Assembly: GCA_048885535.1 (NCBI GenBank)
Contig: JBHLLO010000022.1
Location: 1-42,781 of the forward strand
Direction: 5' to 3'
Source: Candidatus Hermodarchaeota archaeon
Lineage (GTDB): Archaea; Asgardarchaeota; Lokiarchaeia; Sigyniarchaeales; SOKP01
DNA: 42,781 nucleotides
Shown here: one piece after another, positions 28,514 to 37,423 of the stretch
Layout of the letters: every line of letters begins with the position of its first letter
How positions within the stretch are numbered: the first letter of the stretch is position 1
Notes under the pieces: model-generated
Told to the model about the DNA's origin: nothing
Seen by the model: only the letters and a program-made list of their open reading frames with translations
The model's database searches: none
Translations under genes and position numbers: made by a program

Positions 28514-29071
28514 TTAAAATTCAGGTTTATACATTTTTCGGAATTCTTCCCTTTGTTTCTCATTATATTTTTTTTCTAAAAATCTTAATACAGTATGATG
28601 AGGGATTCCACTTAATAACATATTAATTGCTTTCCTAGCAACTTGTAAATTCTCATAATCTGCTATTATTGATATTGTTTTTCCATAAATGGAGACATAA
28701 CTTTCAGCATATCTTTCTATTGCTTTTCTCATCTCCCCATTTCTCCCAATTATTCTACCTTTTATTCTTTTTATTTTTTTTTCAGACTTTCCTAAGAGAT
28801 TATAAAGGTTAAATATCTCAAGATCATAAGTATCTTCAGTTAATTTCATTGCTTTGATAGGATTAAAACCTCTATTAATCGCCCTCAAAATTTTCTCTGC
28901 AGTGTAAACATTTAAAGGGTTATAATTGGGATTTTCTAACATAGGTTTAACTTCACAATCTCCTGTTTTACTGTCTAAAATAATTTTAACATTTAATTCA
29001 TCCTCTATCTTTTTCTTAGTCTCCCCATTTTTACCTATAATTACAGCAATTCTATTTTTTCCAATTTTCAT
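28514..29071 (-). CDS. KH-domain pre-rRNA processing protein (Dim2/Pno1)
   Basis: RIAVIIGKNG, AINRGF, RIKGRIIGRNG, G.PH..V; adjacent to RIO1. Confidence 0.92.
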   Translation of the reverse strand: MKIGKNRIAVIIGKNGETKKKIEDELNVKIILDSKTGDCEVKPMLENPNYNPLNVYTAEKILRAINRGFNPIKAMKLTEDTYDLEIFNLYNLLGKSEKKIKRIKGRIIGRNGEMRKAIERYAESYVSIYGKTISIIADYENLQVARKAINMLLSGIPHHTVLRFLEKKYNEKQREEFRKMYKPEF

Positions 29072-29081
29072 AATCTAATCC

Positions 29082-29915
29082 TTATTTAATTATTTCATAA
29101 TAAAAAGTTTCTAAATCTGGAATTTTAATTCCAAATCTTTTAAAATAATTGGAGACATTTTTAATATCTCTCACTAGAAAATTTTCTGCTTTCGGATGTT
29201 GAATATCTACAGCTTGAGAAATATCAATGAAAATGGGTTTCTGATTATGATATAAAATATTGAATTCTGATAAATCCCCATGGACAAGTTTAGCTTCTTT
29301 GTATAACCTTTTAATAAAATCAAAAACTTGTTCTAATAAACCTCTAGGGTCGTTCAACTTTTTGATATCTTTAAGTTTTGGAGCTGGGATAGATTGAAAT
29401 CCGATATACTCCATTATCAATATATTATTTTTAATGTGGATAGGCTTTGGTACACTTAATCCTTCTCTAAATGCTCTTTTGAGGTTTTTGTATTCTTTAC
29501 TTGCCCATAAAAAGATGATCTTTGAAGGATTATGAGGTACCTTCTTAAACCGAGGATCTCCGATGATATAATTATACATCCACTTTGATGTATTACTATC
29601 AATTTTATAAATTTTAACCGCAACTTCTAACCCTGTTTTATCATAAGCTAAATATATATTTGCTTCTTTTCCAGCTGATATAATTCCTTCAATCTTATCT
29701 AATGGACCACTAACTAATAATTTATTTAAATTGAAAATTGTTCTTTCATCAAATACAGATTCTACAGCAGCTCTCTTTTTTGTTTGATCAATTTTTTTAA
29801 TCCTTTTAAAATCGATATTCCTTTTTTCTAAATCATCTATTTTTGAGTTTACTCCATTTTCCGAAAAGTTATCATCATATTCCTCATCATTGTTCATGAA
29901 ATGCATCTCCTCCAA
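29082..29915 (-). CDS. rio1: RIO1 serine/threonine kinase
   Basis: ISAGKEANIY, AVKIY, YIIGDPRF, WASKEYKNL, LVHGDLSEFNIL, IDISQAV. Confidence 0.95.
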   Translation of the reverse strand: MEEMHFMNNDEEYDDNFSENGVNSKIDDLEKRNIDFKRIKKIDQTKKRAAVESVFDERTIFNLNKLLVSGPLDKIEGIISAGKEANIYLAYDKTGLEVAVKIYKIDSNTSKWMYNYIIGDPRFKKVPHNPSKIIFLWASKEYKNLKRAFREGLSVPKPIHIKNNILIMEYIGFQSIPAPKLKDIKKLNDPRGLLEQVFDFIKRLYKEAKLVHGDLSEFNILYHNQKPIFIDISQAVDIQHPKAENFLVRDIKNVSNYFKRFGIKIPDLETFYYEIIK

Positions 29916-30828
29916 TAATTTTAAAAAGATTTTTTTGATTAAAAAAAAAAGAATAACTTTTTACTAATTTGAGCCTATCCTCGCCTCTTAATACTATTTT
30001 ATTTCTAGTAATATTATCGATAATATATTTATGATTCTCAATTTCAATTATATCATTTTTTTTGAAAGGTAGAAATTTCACTAATGATTTTAATCTATAA
30101 ATGTTTTTACCTTTTTGGATATCTCTACCAACCAACTTTTTAGTTCTTTTTAAAATAAAATGATATTTATTTCTTAAATGTGAAATTATATGGTTCAATA
30201 GTTCATTTGTGCTTAACATGAGGTCTACACCATACTTTTGATCAACTATTTTTGAGATATACTCTTTCTTGTTTCTTTCAAATAATTTTTCAACATAAAC
30301 CTGAATATAATCCAATACTTCCTTAATTAAATCGAAATAACTTTCATTATTTACTCGTAATTGCAATATTGATAAAAAGTAAGTTCCTCCTCTCAAATTT
30401 GAGCAATTTTTACATAAATCATAATTAAGATTAATCTTTACTAGTTGCTCATAAAATATCTTTTCATCTTCTTTTAAATTTCCCTTTATATTTGCATCTA
30501 AAGAACTCAATAACCCCTTTGAAGAGTACTTAAAGCTATCATTATTATAATCGATAATAAAATTAATTTGCTCAGTTTTTAAATAATTTCTTAATAAGAA
30601 ACGAAGGATTGCATGTTCAATAATAATAAAAATATCATCTGTATCTACTTGAACCCATTCATCCTTTTTGGTATAGCTTCCACAGCCAAGGCAAACTTTA
30701 AAATTGAAATTAGAGGGAATCTCAAATAGCGGATGTTCTTTTAAAAAGCAAGAAAGACACATTCCAATATGAGGGGAATCATTTTTTATATCTTTTCCAC
30801 AAACAGCACAAAATCTATGAGGCATCAA
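29887..30828 (-). CDS. nmd3: NMD3-family large-subunit biogenesis protein
   Basis: FCAVCG..MCLSC, CLGC, CKNC...GGTYF.SILQLR, GVD, KLVGRD..KGK..YR. Confidence 0.9.
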   Translation of the reverse strand: MMPHRFCAVCGKDIKNDSPHIGMCLSCFLKEHPLFEIPSNFNFKVCLGCGSYTKKDEWVQVDTDDIFIIIEHAILRFLLRNYLKTEQINFIIDYNNDSFKYSSKGLLSSLDANIKGNLKEDEKIFYEQLVKINLNYDLCKNCSNLRGGTYFLSILQLRVNNESYFDLIKEVLDYIQVYVEKLFERNKKEYISKIVDQKYGVDLMLSTNELLNHIISHLRNKYHFILKRTKKLVGRDIQKGKNIYRLKSLVKFLPFKKNDIIEIENHKYIIDNITRNKIVLRGEDRLKLVKSYSFFFNQKNLFKIIGGDAFHEQ

Positions 30829-31121
30829 AACATCATCTTTAAAGCCATAGGGACCCCATTTATTAAACGAACACCCTCTTCTGGAAGGATTCGTTCTTTA
30901 ATTATTATATTAATAATATTTTTTCCAACAATATTAAAATAAGAGGCATCTTTCAAAATTTCTATAGCATCTGTAATATCAATAAGATTTCCCCCAAAAA
31001 AGGGTTCATTAATTTCAATTCTTAAATTTCCTTCTGTAAAACTCTGATTTAATAATGATTCATCACAACATGCTACAATCTCAATTCCATTTCTAGAATG
31101 AATCTTTATATAAACTTTCAT
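30825..31121 (-). CDS. DUF424 family protein
   Basis: IVACCD..LL..., FFGG, NIVG, INGVP.A; typical position between aIF2-beta and NMD3. Confidence 0.87.
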   Translation of the reverse strand: MKVYIKIHSRNGIEIVACCDESLLNQSFTEGNLRIEINEPFFGGNLIDITDAIEILKDASYFNIVGKNIINIIIKERILPEEGVRLINGVPMALKMMF

Positions 31122-31130
31122 AACCTAACT

Positions 31131-31553
31131 TTACTTTTCTTTTATTTCTTCTCTTGCTCCACAAGCGGTACATTTAAGAAATTCTTTTTTAGCTTCACGC
31201 TGAATTTGTGTATCAGGTTTATTACAAATTTTACATAAAACATATGTCCTCGAATATTGTTCAATAAGTCTGTTAAGAACTTGTTCCTTATAGGTACCTT
31301 TTAAGAAGAGTTGTTGTCCTCGAATTTCACCCATAGTACCTGCTTTTCTTAGAAATACACCTAAAAAATGACGCCTATCTCGGTTTAGGGTATTAATAAT
31401 CCGATTAAAATTTATAATATACGTATTTTTTGACTCTATTCTAATTTGTACCTTTGGAATCTCAAATCTAGAGAGTTTCTTTACATTCTCTGGTATATCT
31501 TCATATGCACTTTCAAGAAGTTTTTCATAATCATGTAGATCCATTTTTATCAA
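31131..31553 (-). CDS. eif2b: Translation initiation factor aIF2 subunit beta
   Basis: YEKLL..AY, RFEIP, LNRD..H, YVLCKICNKPDT, LKCTACGA. Confidence 0.95.
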   Translation of the reverse strand: MIKMDLHDYEKLLESAYEDIPENVKKLSRFEIPKVQIRIESKNTYIINFNRIINTLNRDRRHFLGVFLRKAGTMGEIRGQQLFLKGTYKEQVLNRLIEQYSRTYVLCKICNKPDTQIQREAKKEFLKCTACGAREEIKEK

Positions 31554-31657
31554 CCAAAATCATATTCAATATATAAATTAATATTTCTTTCAAAAAAATT
31601 TTTGCTGTTTTAAAAAAAGATTTTTTCAATTCATAATGAATAATCTAATGAATTAAT

Positions 31658-32347
31658 TTAAGGTAAGTATGATTGGTAAAAGTTTTCCTCAGATTGATAA
31701 ATTTTTGATTCAATTTCTAATTCTCTAATGTGCCTCCTTAATTTTTCCTCAGGAATCTCCATTATTCGCATTAAATTTCTAAAACTTATCCCCCTTTCAG
31801 TTTGAGAAAACTTTTCAATTACAGAAAAAACACTTTCTTTGACTTGATTTTTTTCATTTACATGTTGTTCTAGAAATGATAAATCTGCATCTAAATCCTC
31901 ATTTTCTTCAATAAGTTTGACTTTCACTTTATTTATAATTTCAGCATTTCTCAGTAAAATCATATTTGGATTTCCTACTTTATTCATAACTTCTAGAGAA
32001 ATCGTGAGGTTGTCATACTTATAGTTAATTAAACCAATAATATCAACCAAATCACCTTTCTCAAAAATCTTATAGAATTTAGGGTTAGCATCCCATTTAT
32101 TTACTTGTATTAAACTTGTCCCATCATCCAAACCAAATTCTATTCGTATACGAGTGTCGTTAGAGTTTTGAGTACTTACATTTATCTTTTTTTCAATAAT
32201 AGTACCAAGGATTCGAACCCTCTTTGTATAGCCAAAAATTGTTTTCAACATATTTTTTTCCGATGAAAATTGCGCTTCAACAAGATGTTTAATCCAGCAT
32301 CGAATTGCAGGTAATCTTTTTCTTGTCATCTCACTCATCAAAACCAC
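31658..32347 (-). CDS. RPA2/RPA32-like OB-fold protein with C-terminal winged helix
   Basis: KRVRILGTI, LDDGTSLI...W, GDLVDIIG OB fold; C-terminal GISF..L...IRELE.ESKIYQ winged-helix pattern. Confidence 0.8.
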   Translation of the reverse strand: MVLMSEMTRKRLPAIRCWIKHLVEAQFSSEKNMLKTIFGYTKRVRILGTIIEKKINVSTQNSNDTRIRIEFGLDDGTSLIQVNKWDANPKFYKIFEKGDLVDIIGLINYKYDNLTISLEVMNKVGNPNMILLRNAEIINKVKVKLIEENEDLDADLSFLEQHVNEKNQVKESVFSVIEKFSQTERGISFRNLMRIMEIPEEKLRRHIRELEIESKIYQSEENFYQSYLP

Positions 32348-32452
32348 TTAAAAAGAGAATTTAAAATTTATAAAAAATATAGGTTTTCAGAAATATAGAT
32401 TTATCTATTAAAAGATAAACATCTTCCTAATCTACTTTTAAAGAAAAACAGA

Positions 32453-32588
32453 TGGTAGCGGGGGTTCGAATTTCAGCTTGTTGGAAACCAACCTTCTTGC
32501 TTTTGAACGAACGATCTCAGGGTTTCTCTAAGGGGTAGAGATGCCATATATGAGCCCTGCGGCATAAACCAGGCTAGCCCACCCCGCT
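32453..32588 (-). tRNA. Initiator tRNA-Met(CAT) with two introns (32524-32548 at 37/38; 32470-32501 at 59/60), CCA encoded
   Basis: A1:U72 (AGCGGGG/CCCCGCT-A-CCA); anticodon stem CAGGG/CCCTG with three G:C pairs; T-loop BHB TTCA/TGAA with bulges AAA and ATT. Confidence 0.92.
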
Positions 32589-32760
32589 CTAATTACTCAT
32601 ATGAAAAAATTCAAATTTCTATATATGATTATAATTATTTTATTTTTTAATATTTACCCTTTTTAGAAGTTTTAGTGGATTTTTTTAATTTAAAAATAAA
32701 CTAACTTAATAATAGTTCTAATTAATACTTATTAATTATAATATAGAGTGTTTAAAAATA

Positions 32761-33474
32761 ATGGTTGATGCTCATATTCAAAGTTTTTTTGGTCAAAACA
32801 CAGGAATCATAGTAAAAACCCTCTCTCGTTCAAAGCCATATATTTTTTTTCACTTTATAAAAAAGAAAAATAATGGAATTTGGGAAAAACCATCTAATAA
32901 TCAAGGAAAAGTAATAAAATTCTCGTTAGAAGAAATAGTTATGATCTTACAAGTATTAAACAGAAATCTTTTAAATTGGACAAATTACCATACTTATAGG
33001 GATAAAAAAACTCATATATCATTTAGTTGGGAGGAGGATAATACAGATATTTTATGGATAAATATTGATGATTACTCAAAGATGCTTAATTTTGCTCAAA
33101 CGGAGATTCTCAGGTTATTAATGACCCATTTATTAACTGAAAAAATTGTTTATGCGACTACGTTAAAAAAAGAATCTATAAGATCAGATAACACTCTTTT
33201 AGAGAATCAACTCAGTTATTTCTCAAATGATAAGAGTTTAATACATAATTCTAGCCAAAATGAAACGAAAAGGAAGAAATCATCAATTATGAGTCCCATA
33301 GAAGGTTTAATAAAAGGCGAATCAGAGAAGGCTATGTTAATTAAATTTGATTCTAATAAGGAAGTATGGATTCCTAAATCAGCTATCCACTCTCGTTATG
33401 TTTTAAGAAAAAATAACACTCAAACTTTTGTAATAGAAAATTGGATACTAAAAAAAAATAATTTAGAATCCTAA
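32761..33474 (+). CDS. Hypothetical protein, possible Whirly/PC4-like ssDNA-binding domain plus small C-terminal beta domain
   Basis: Repeated beta4-alpha pattern (..W.KPS..GKVIKFSLEEIV..L; YH...SFSW...LNFAQTEILRLL); C-terminal ESEKAMLI...WIPKSAI. Confidence 0.55.
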   Translation: MVDAHIQSFFGQNTGIIVKTLSRSKPYIFFHFIKKKNNGIWEKPSNNQGKVIKFSLEEIVMILQVLNRNLLNWTNYHTYRDKKTHISFSWEEDNTDILWINIDDYSKMLNFAQTEILRLLMTHLLTEKIVYATTLKKESIRSDNTLLENQLSYFSNDKSLIHNSSQNETKRKKSSIMSPIEGLIKGESEKAMLIKFDSNKEVWIPKSAIHSRYVLRKNNTQTFVIENWILKKNNLES

Positions 33475-33560
33475 ATCTTTAATTTATTTCATGACTTTTT
33501 TAAAAAAACAAACTTAATTTCAATTTTGAATTTTATTTTGTAATAAAAGAATTTAATTAT

Positions 33561-35384
33561 ATGAGTATCTTAGATTTCATTCCATGGTTCATAATATCCT
33601 TAATTTTTTGGATATTTGTAGTAATTATAGTATATTTATTAAGAAAGAGGAAAGGTTCTTATAACCTATTTTTTCCTTTACTCGCATTATTTAAAACAAA
33701 AAGATTAAACAAATTTATTAGAAGAATTTCTGAAAAAAGACCTAAATTCTGGAGGGTTTTTTGGAATATTGGTATCTTAGTGTCATTTGGTTTAATGATT
33801 TACGCACTCTATTTCTTTTTTATAAATTTTATTAATTTAATCTTTAATCCTAGTATAGAGCAAGCAATAGTTCCACTTATTCCCGGAGTTACAATTGATT
33901 TACCGACTTTATTTTATTTCATTTTACCATTATTGTTTGTAGTTACTACTCATGAATTTGCTCATGGAATATCTGCTAGTGTAGATGGAGTTGAAATCAA
34001 ATCAACTGGAGTAATGGGTGTTGGAATTTTTTTTATAATTGGCTTTGGAGCGTTTGTTGAAGTTAATGAATGGGAATTAAATTCAAGTAAGTATAATCGA
34101 AATACAAGATTTAGAATTGCTGCCGCGGGAACTTATATAAATGCCATTACTGCGGGATTAGCTTTTATATTATTAATAAGCTATCCATATCTAGTATCAC
34201 CCTTTTATAAACAAGTAACTCAAATTTACTCGGTTAACAAACCTGAAGAAGGAGGGTTCAATTATGGTGTACTTGAACATGGGGATGCCATCGAAGCGAT
34301 AAAAAAACAGAATGAAAGTGATTTGGATTATTTATATCTAGATGAACTTTATGGTATAAGTTTAAGTACAATTTTAGATAATCAAACACGCATAAAATGT
34401 TCTGTTGGTGATAATTTAACTTTTAAGGTTTATAACCCTTTCCAAGATAAATATTCAGAAAAAGATGTTTTGGTTGGTCCGAAATATAATATTATACACG
34501 AATTCGAGAAAGATAGATACTCAGAAACGCAATATAATCTCATTTTAAGATACGAAAAAGCTTCAGATCATTCAATCCGACTTACATATAATTATTCGAG
34601 TAATGAAAATTTGAATATTTTAATAACCAAAATTAATAGTATTCCTATTAATTATACCAAAGGAGATACATTAGAATACATTTTAACAAATTTTAGTTTA
34701 GCATATTTAAATTTAACCTCTGATATAGGATCAAATTATTTAATACCTGTTCAAATCATTGATGTTTTAATAGGGGTGCAAAGCACCCTATACTGGATGC
34801 ATAAGAATGATTTTGCTAAGTTCTTCACAGGAAATTGGCCTGATTTTTGGTTAAGAGAAATTGTATGGCTTTTTATTATTTCATTTAGTCTATTTCTTTT
34901 CAATATAGTTCCTTTACCTGTTTTTGATGGAGATAGAATGTTGAAAGAACTAATTGATTGGATTTTTGGAAAGAAATTCAGCGGTACGGTAAGAAAAAAG
35001 AAAGATCGCTTCATTTATAAAGGTAAAGATACAGATTGTAATCTATCAGAGTATCGTGTAGAAAAAATCGATACTATTAAAATTTATATAAAAGATAAGT
35101 CTGACAAGCGAAAAAGCGGGGAAATTATATTGGGTGAAAACAACTATGAGTTAATAGATAAAACAGGAGATGGTTTTAACGACACAGTTTCAATAAAATT
35201 GCCAGAGGATTCAAAAATTAAAGAAAATACAGTATTTGAGATATTCTATGAGCATTCATATGATGATAAAAGAAAGGTTAAGAATCGAATTTTGAATATA
35301 GTTAGAGTTATTATGTTAATAGTCGTACTAGGAAATTTTGTATTATCGTTTATAAGATTTGGCTTAAGTTTCTTTTGGCTTTAA
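33561..35384 (+). CDS. Site-2 protease (M50 intramembrane metalloprotease)
   Basis: PLIPG, HEFAH, GAFVE, RIAAAG..IN, FNIVPLPVFDGD; several TM helices and a large extramembrane insert. Confidence 0.93.
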   Translation: MSILDFIPWFIISLIFWIFVVIIVYLLRKRKGSYNLFFPLLALFKTKRLNKFIRRISEKRPKFWRVFWNIGILVSFGLMIYALYFFFINFINLIFNPSIEQAIVPLIPGVTIDLPTLFYFILPLLFVVTTHEFAHGISASVDGVEIKSTGVMGVGIFFIIGFGAFVEVNEWELNSSKYNRNTRFRIAAAGTYINAITAGLAFILLISYPYLVSPFYKQVTQIYSVNKPEEGGFNYGVLEHGDAIEAIKKQNESDLDYLYLDELYGISLSTILDNQTRIKCSVGDNLTFKVYNPFQDKYSEKDVLVGPKYNIIHEFEKDRYSETQYNLILRYEKASDHSIRLTYNYSSNENLNILITKINSIPINYTKGDTLEYILTNFSLAYLNLTSDIGSNYLIPVQIIDVLIGVQSTLYWMHKNDFAKFFTGNWPDFWLREIVWLFIISFSLFLFNIVPLPVFDGDRMLKELIDWIFGKKFSGTVRKKKDRFIYKGKDTDCNLSEYRVEKIDTIKIYIKDKSDKRKSGEIILGENNYELIDKTGDGFNDTVSIKLPEDSKIKENTVFEIFYEHSYDDKRKVKNRILNIVRVIMLIVVLGNFVLSFIRFGLSFFWL

Positions 35385-35397
35385 ATAAGATGTCAAA

Positions 35398-36384
35398 GTG
35401 ATTTATATGGATTCTCTACCCATTGGAATAGCAAACCATAAATGTTCATTCTGTGATAAAAGTGCTTTCACTTTCAGAAGGCATTCGGGGCAATACTTAT
35501 GTAAGGATTGCTTCTTAAAAAGCATTGAAAAGATTATAGCTAGAACAATCTCAAAATATAACATGCTTAAACCTAGAGATCAAATAGTTATTGGATTATC
35601 GGGTGGTAAAGATTCCATTACACTAATGTATAATTTGATAAAGATTCAAAAAAGAATATTCAAACCAAGACTGTTGATTGCTATAACTGTTGATGAGGGT
35701 ATTGAAGGATATAGAGAAAAAACTATCAAATTTGCTAAGAACTTTTGTAGAGAATATGATATACCACAAGAAATTGTATCTTTTAAAGAGAGGTTTGGGG
35801 TAACATTGGATGAGATTGTGAGAATAAAGAAGAAGTCCCCTGATTATAAGTATGCATGTAATTATTGTGCTACTATTCGAAGAAGGTTGCTTAATGATGT
35901 AGCGAAAGAAATGGGTGCAAGTATCATAGCTTTAGGACATAATTTAACTGATATATGTGAAACTTTTTTAATGAATATTTTATGCAAAAGAATAAATCTA
36001 ATAGGATATCAATTTTTTAACAAAGAAATGAGTGAAAAGATCAGAAATCATTATATTAGAAAAATATTGCCATTAATGAGACTTCCTGAAGACGAAATAT
36101 CCTTATATGTTCAAATAAAAAATTTTGAACTTTACAGTTCTCATTGTCCTTACAGAGAGAAGGATCCCATTCTAAGGAGAAGAGTTTTAGAATTCATTCA
36201 ATCATGTAAAATTTATAGTCCTGAAATAGAATTTAATTTATTTAATGGATTCTTAGAACTTTCCGAAATAATTTATAGTCATCATGGAGAAAAGCAACAT
36301 GATATATGTAAAATTTGTGGATATCCAAGTGGTAATGCTAAAATATGTTCATATTGCGAATTAAAAGAAGATTTGACATTATAA
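35398..36384 (+). CDS. ncsA: tRNA 2-thiolation protein (NcsA/Ncs6/CTU1/TtuA family)
   Basis: N- and C-terminal zinc fingers, LSGGKDS PP-loop, DEGIEGYR, CNYC...RRR, GHNLTD, CPY. Confidence 0.88.
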   Translation: MIYMDSLPIGIANHKCSFCDKSAFTFRRHSGQYLCKDCFLKSIEKIIARTISKYNMLKPRDQIVIGLSGGKDSITLMYNLIKIQKRIFKPRLLIAITVDEGIEGYREKTIKFAKNFCREYDIPQEIVSFKERFGVTLDEIVRIKKKSPDYKYACNYCATIRRRLLNDVAKEMGASIIALGHNLTDICETFLMNILCKRINLIGYQFFNKEMSEKIRNHYIRKILPLMRLPEDEISLYVQIKNFELYSSHCPYREKDPILRRRVLEFIQSCKIYSPEIEFNLFNGFLELSEIIYSHHGEKQHDICKICGYPSGNAKICSYCELKEDLTL

Positions 36385-36385
36385 A

Positions 36386-37375
36386 TTAGTTAATTAGATA
36401 TTGTGAGAACGCCTTTAACATTTTGTATTCCCTAATTTCATCTTTAAACAAAGGTACTTCTGTTAAATTTTTCCGTAATTTATCTCGGAATATCACCTTG
36501 ATTTTTTCTATATTTTTCTGTTGCATGTTTCTTCTGGACCTACAAAATTCACATAACTCTGAAGGATCTTGATATAGTTGGTTAACTATAATATTTGTAT
36601 TAGGGATATTATACTTTATTAATTGATTCAACAATCTTCCCGTTTCTGCAATAGCCATTTCTTCAGGAATCATGACTATTACAAAAGAATTGATATTTGG
36701 GTTAGTTAAATCTTCTCTAGCTTTTAATATCGCATCATTCATTCTCTCTAATACCTCAAGTGAATCATCTTGCTCATCACTACCTCCACCAAAAATCTTT
36801 TTAAATTTTCCAAAAATCTTTCCCAATTTAAGTCTCAGCTTTAAAATTTTCCCAATCCAGCTAGATAATGTTTCTGGAAGTCCTAAGAGTCTTAATGTAT
36901 GTCCAGTGGGTGCAGTATCGAAAATAATTAGATCGTAATTATGTTCAGTTTCTATAAATTCTAAAACTTTTCCAAAAGCTAAAGTCTCATCAATACCAGG
37001 AGGGTTTAAAGCAACACCATTTTCTGAATCTCCAGACATCCCATCTAACATACTTTGCATCATATCACCCATTACCCCCATCTCTTCCATTGGATTTATT
37101 TCTGTAAATTGCTTAATTTCTGCCACTTTTACTTGAGGATTGATCTCTAAAGCGCTTAAATTTTTCACCCCATTAACAGGTACAATTTCACCAGGAGGTA
37201 ACTCCATTCCTAAACTATCTCCTAGTGAATGGGCAGGATCAGTGCTTATAATTAATGTTTTTCTTCCATGTTCAGCAGCCCAGATTGCTGAGCTTGCTGC
37301 GCAAGTTGTTTTCCCTACTCCTCCTTTTCCACCAAACATAATCATTTTTAAGTTCATCAATAGATTGTTTAACAT
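36386..37375 (-). CDS. ArsA/GET3/TRC40-family ATPase
   Basis: GGKGGVGKTT, STDPAHSL, PGIDE, FDTAPTGHTLRLL, VNQ, CEFC; single ATPase domain. Confidence 0.92.
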   Translation of the reverse strand: MLNNLLMNLKMIMFGGKGGVGKTTCAASSAIWAAEHGRKTLIISTDPAHSLGDSLGMELPPGEIVPVNGVKNLSALEINPQVKVAEIKQFTEINPMEEMGVMGDMMQSMLDGMSGDSENGVALNPPGIDETLAFGKVLEFIETEHNYDLIIFDTAPTGHTLRLLGLPETLSSWIGKILKLRLKLGKIFGKFKKIFGGGSDEQDDSLEVLERMNDAILKAREDLTNPNINSFVIVMIPEEMAIAETGRLLNQLIKYNIPNTNIIVNQLYQDPSELCEFCRSRRNMQQKNIEKIKVIFRDKLRKNLTEVPLFKDEIREYKMLKAFSQYLIN

Positions 37376-37423
37376 TAACTTATACCACTTTATTTTTTCT
37401 GTACTATTCTTAATACATATTAA

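Noticed and set aside
9591-31121. TGA-terminated genes as possible selenoprotein readthrough
   Set aside because: For the recognisable families the TGA codons fall at the expected protein ends, and no SECIS-like hairpin was evident by eye.
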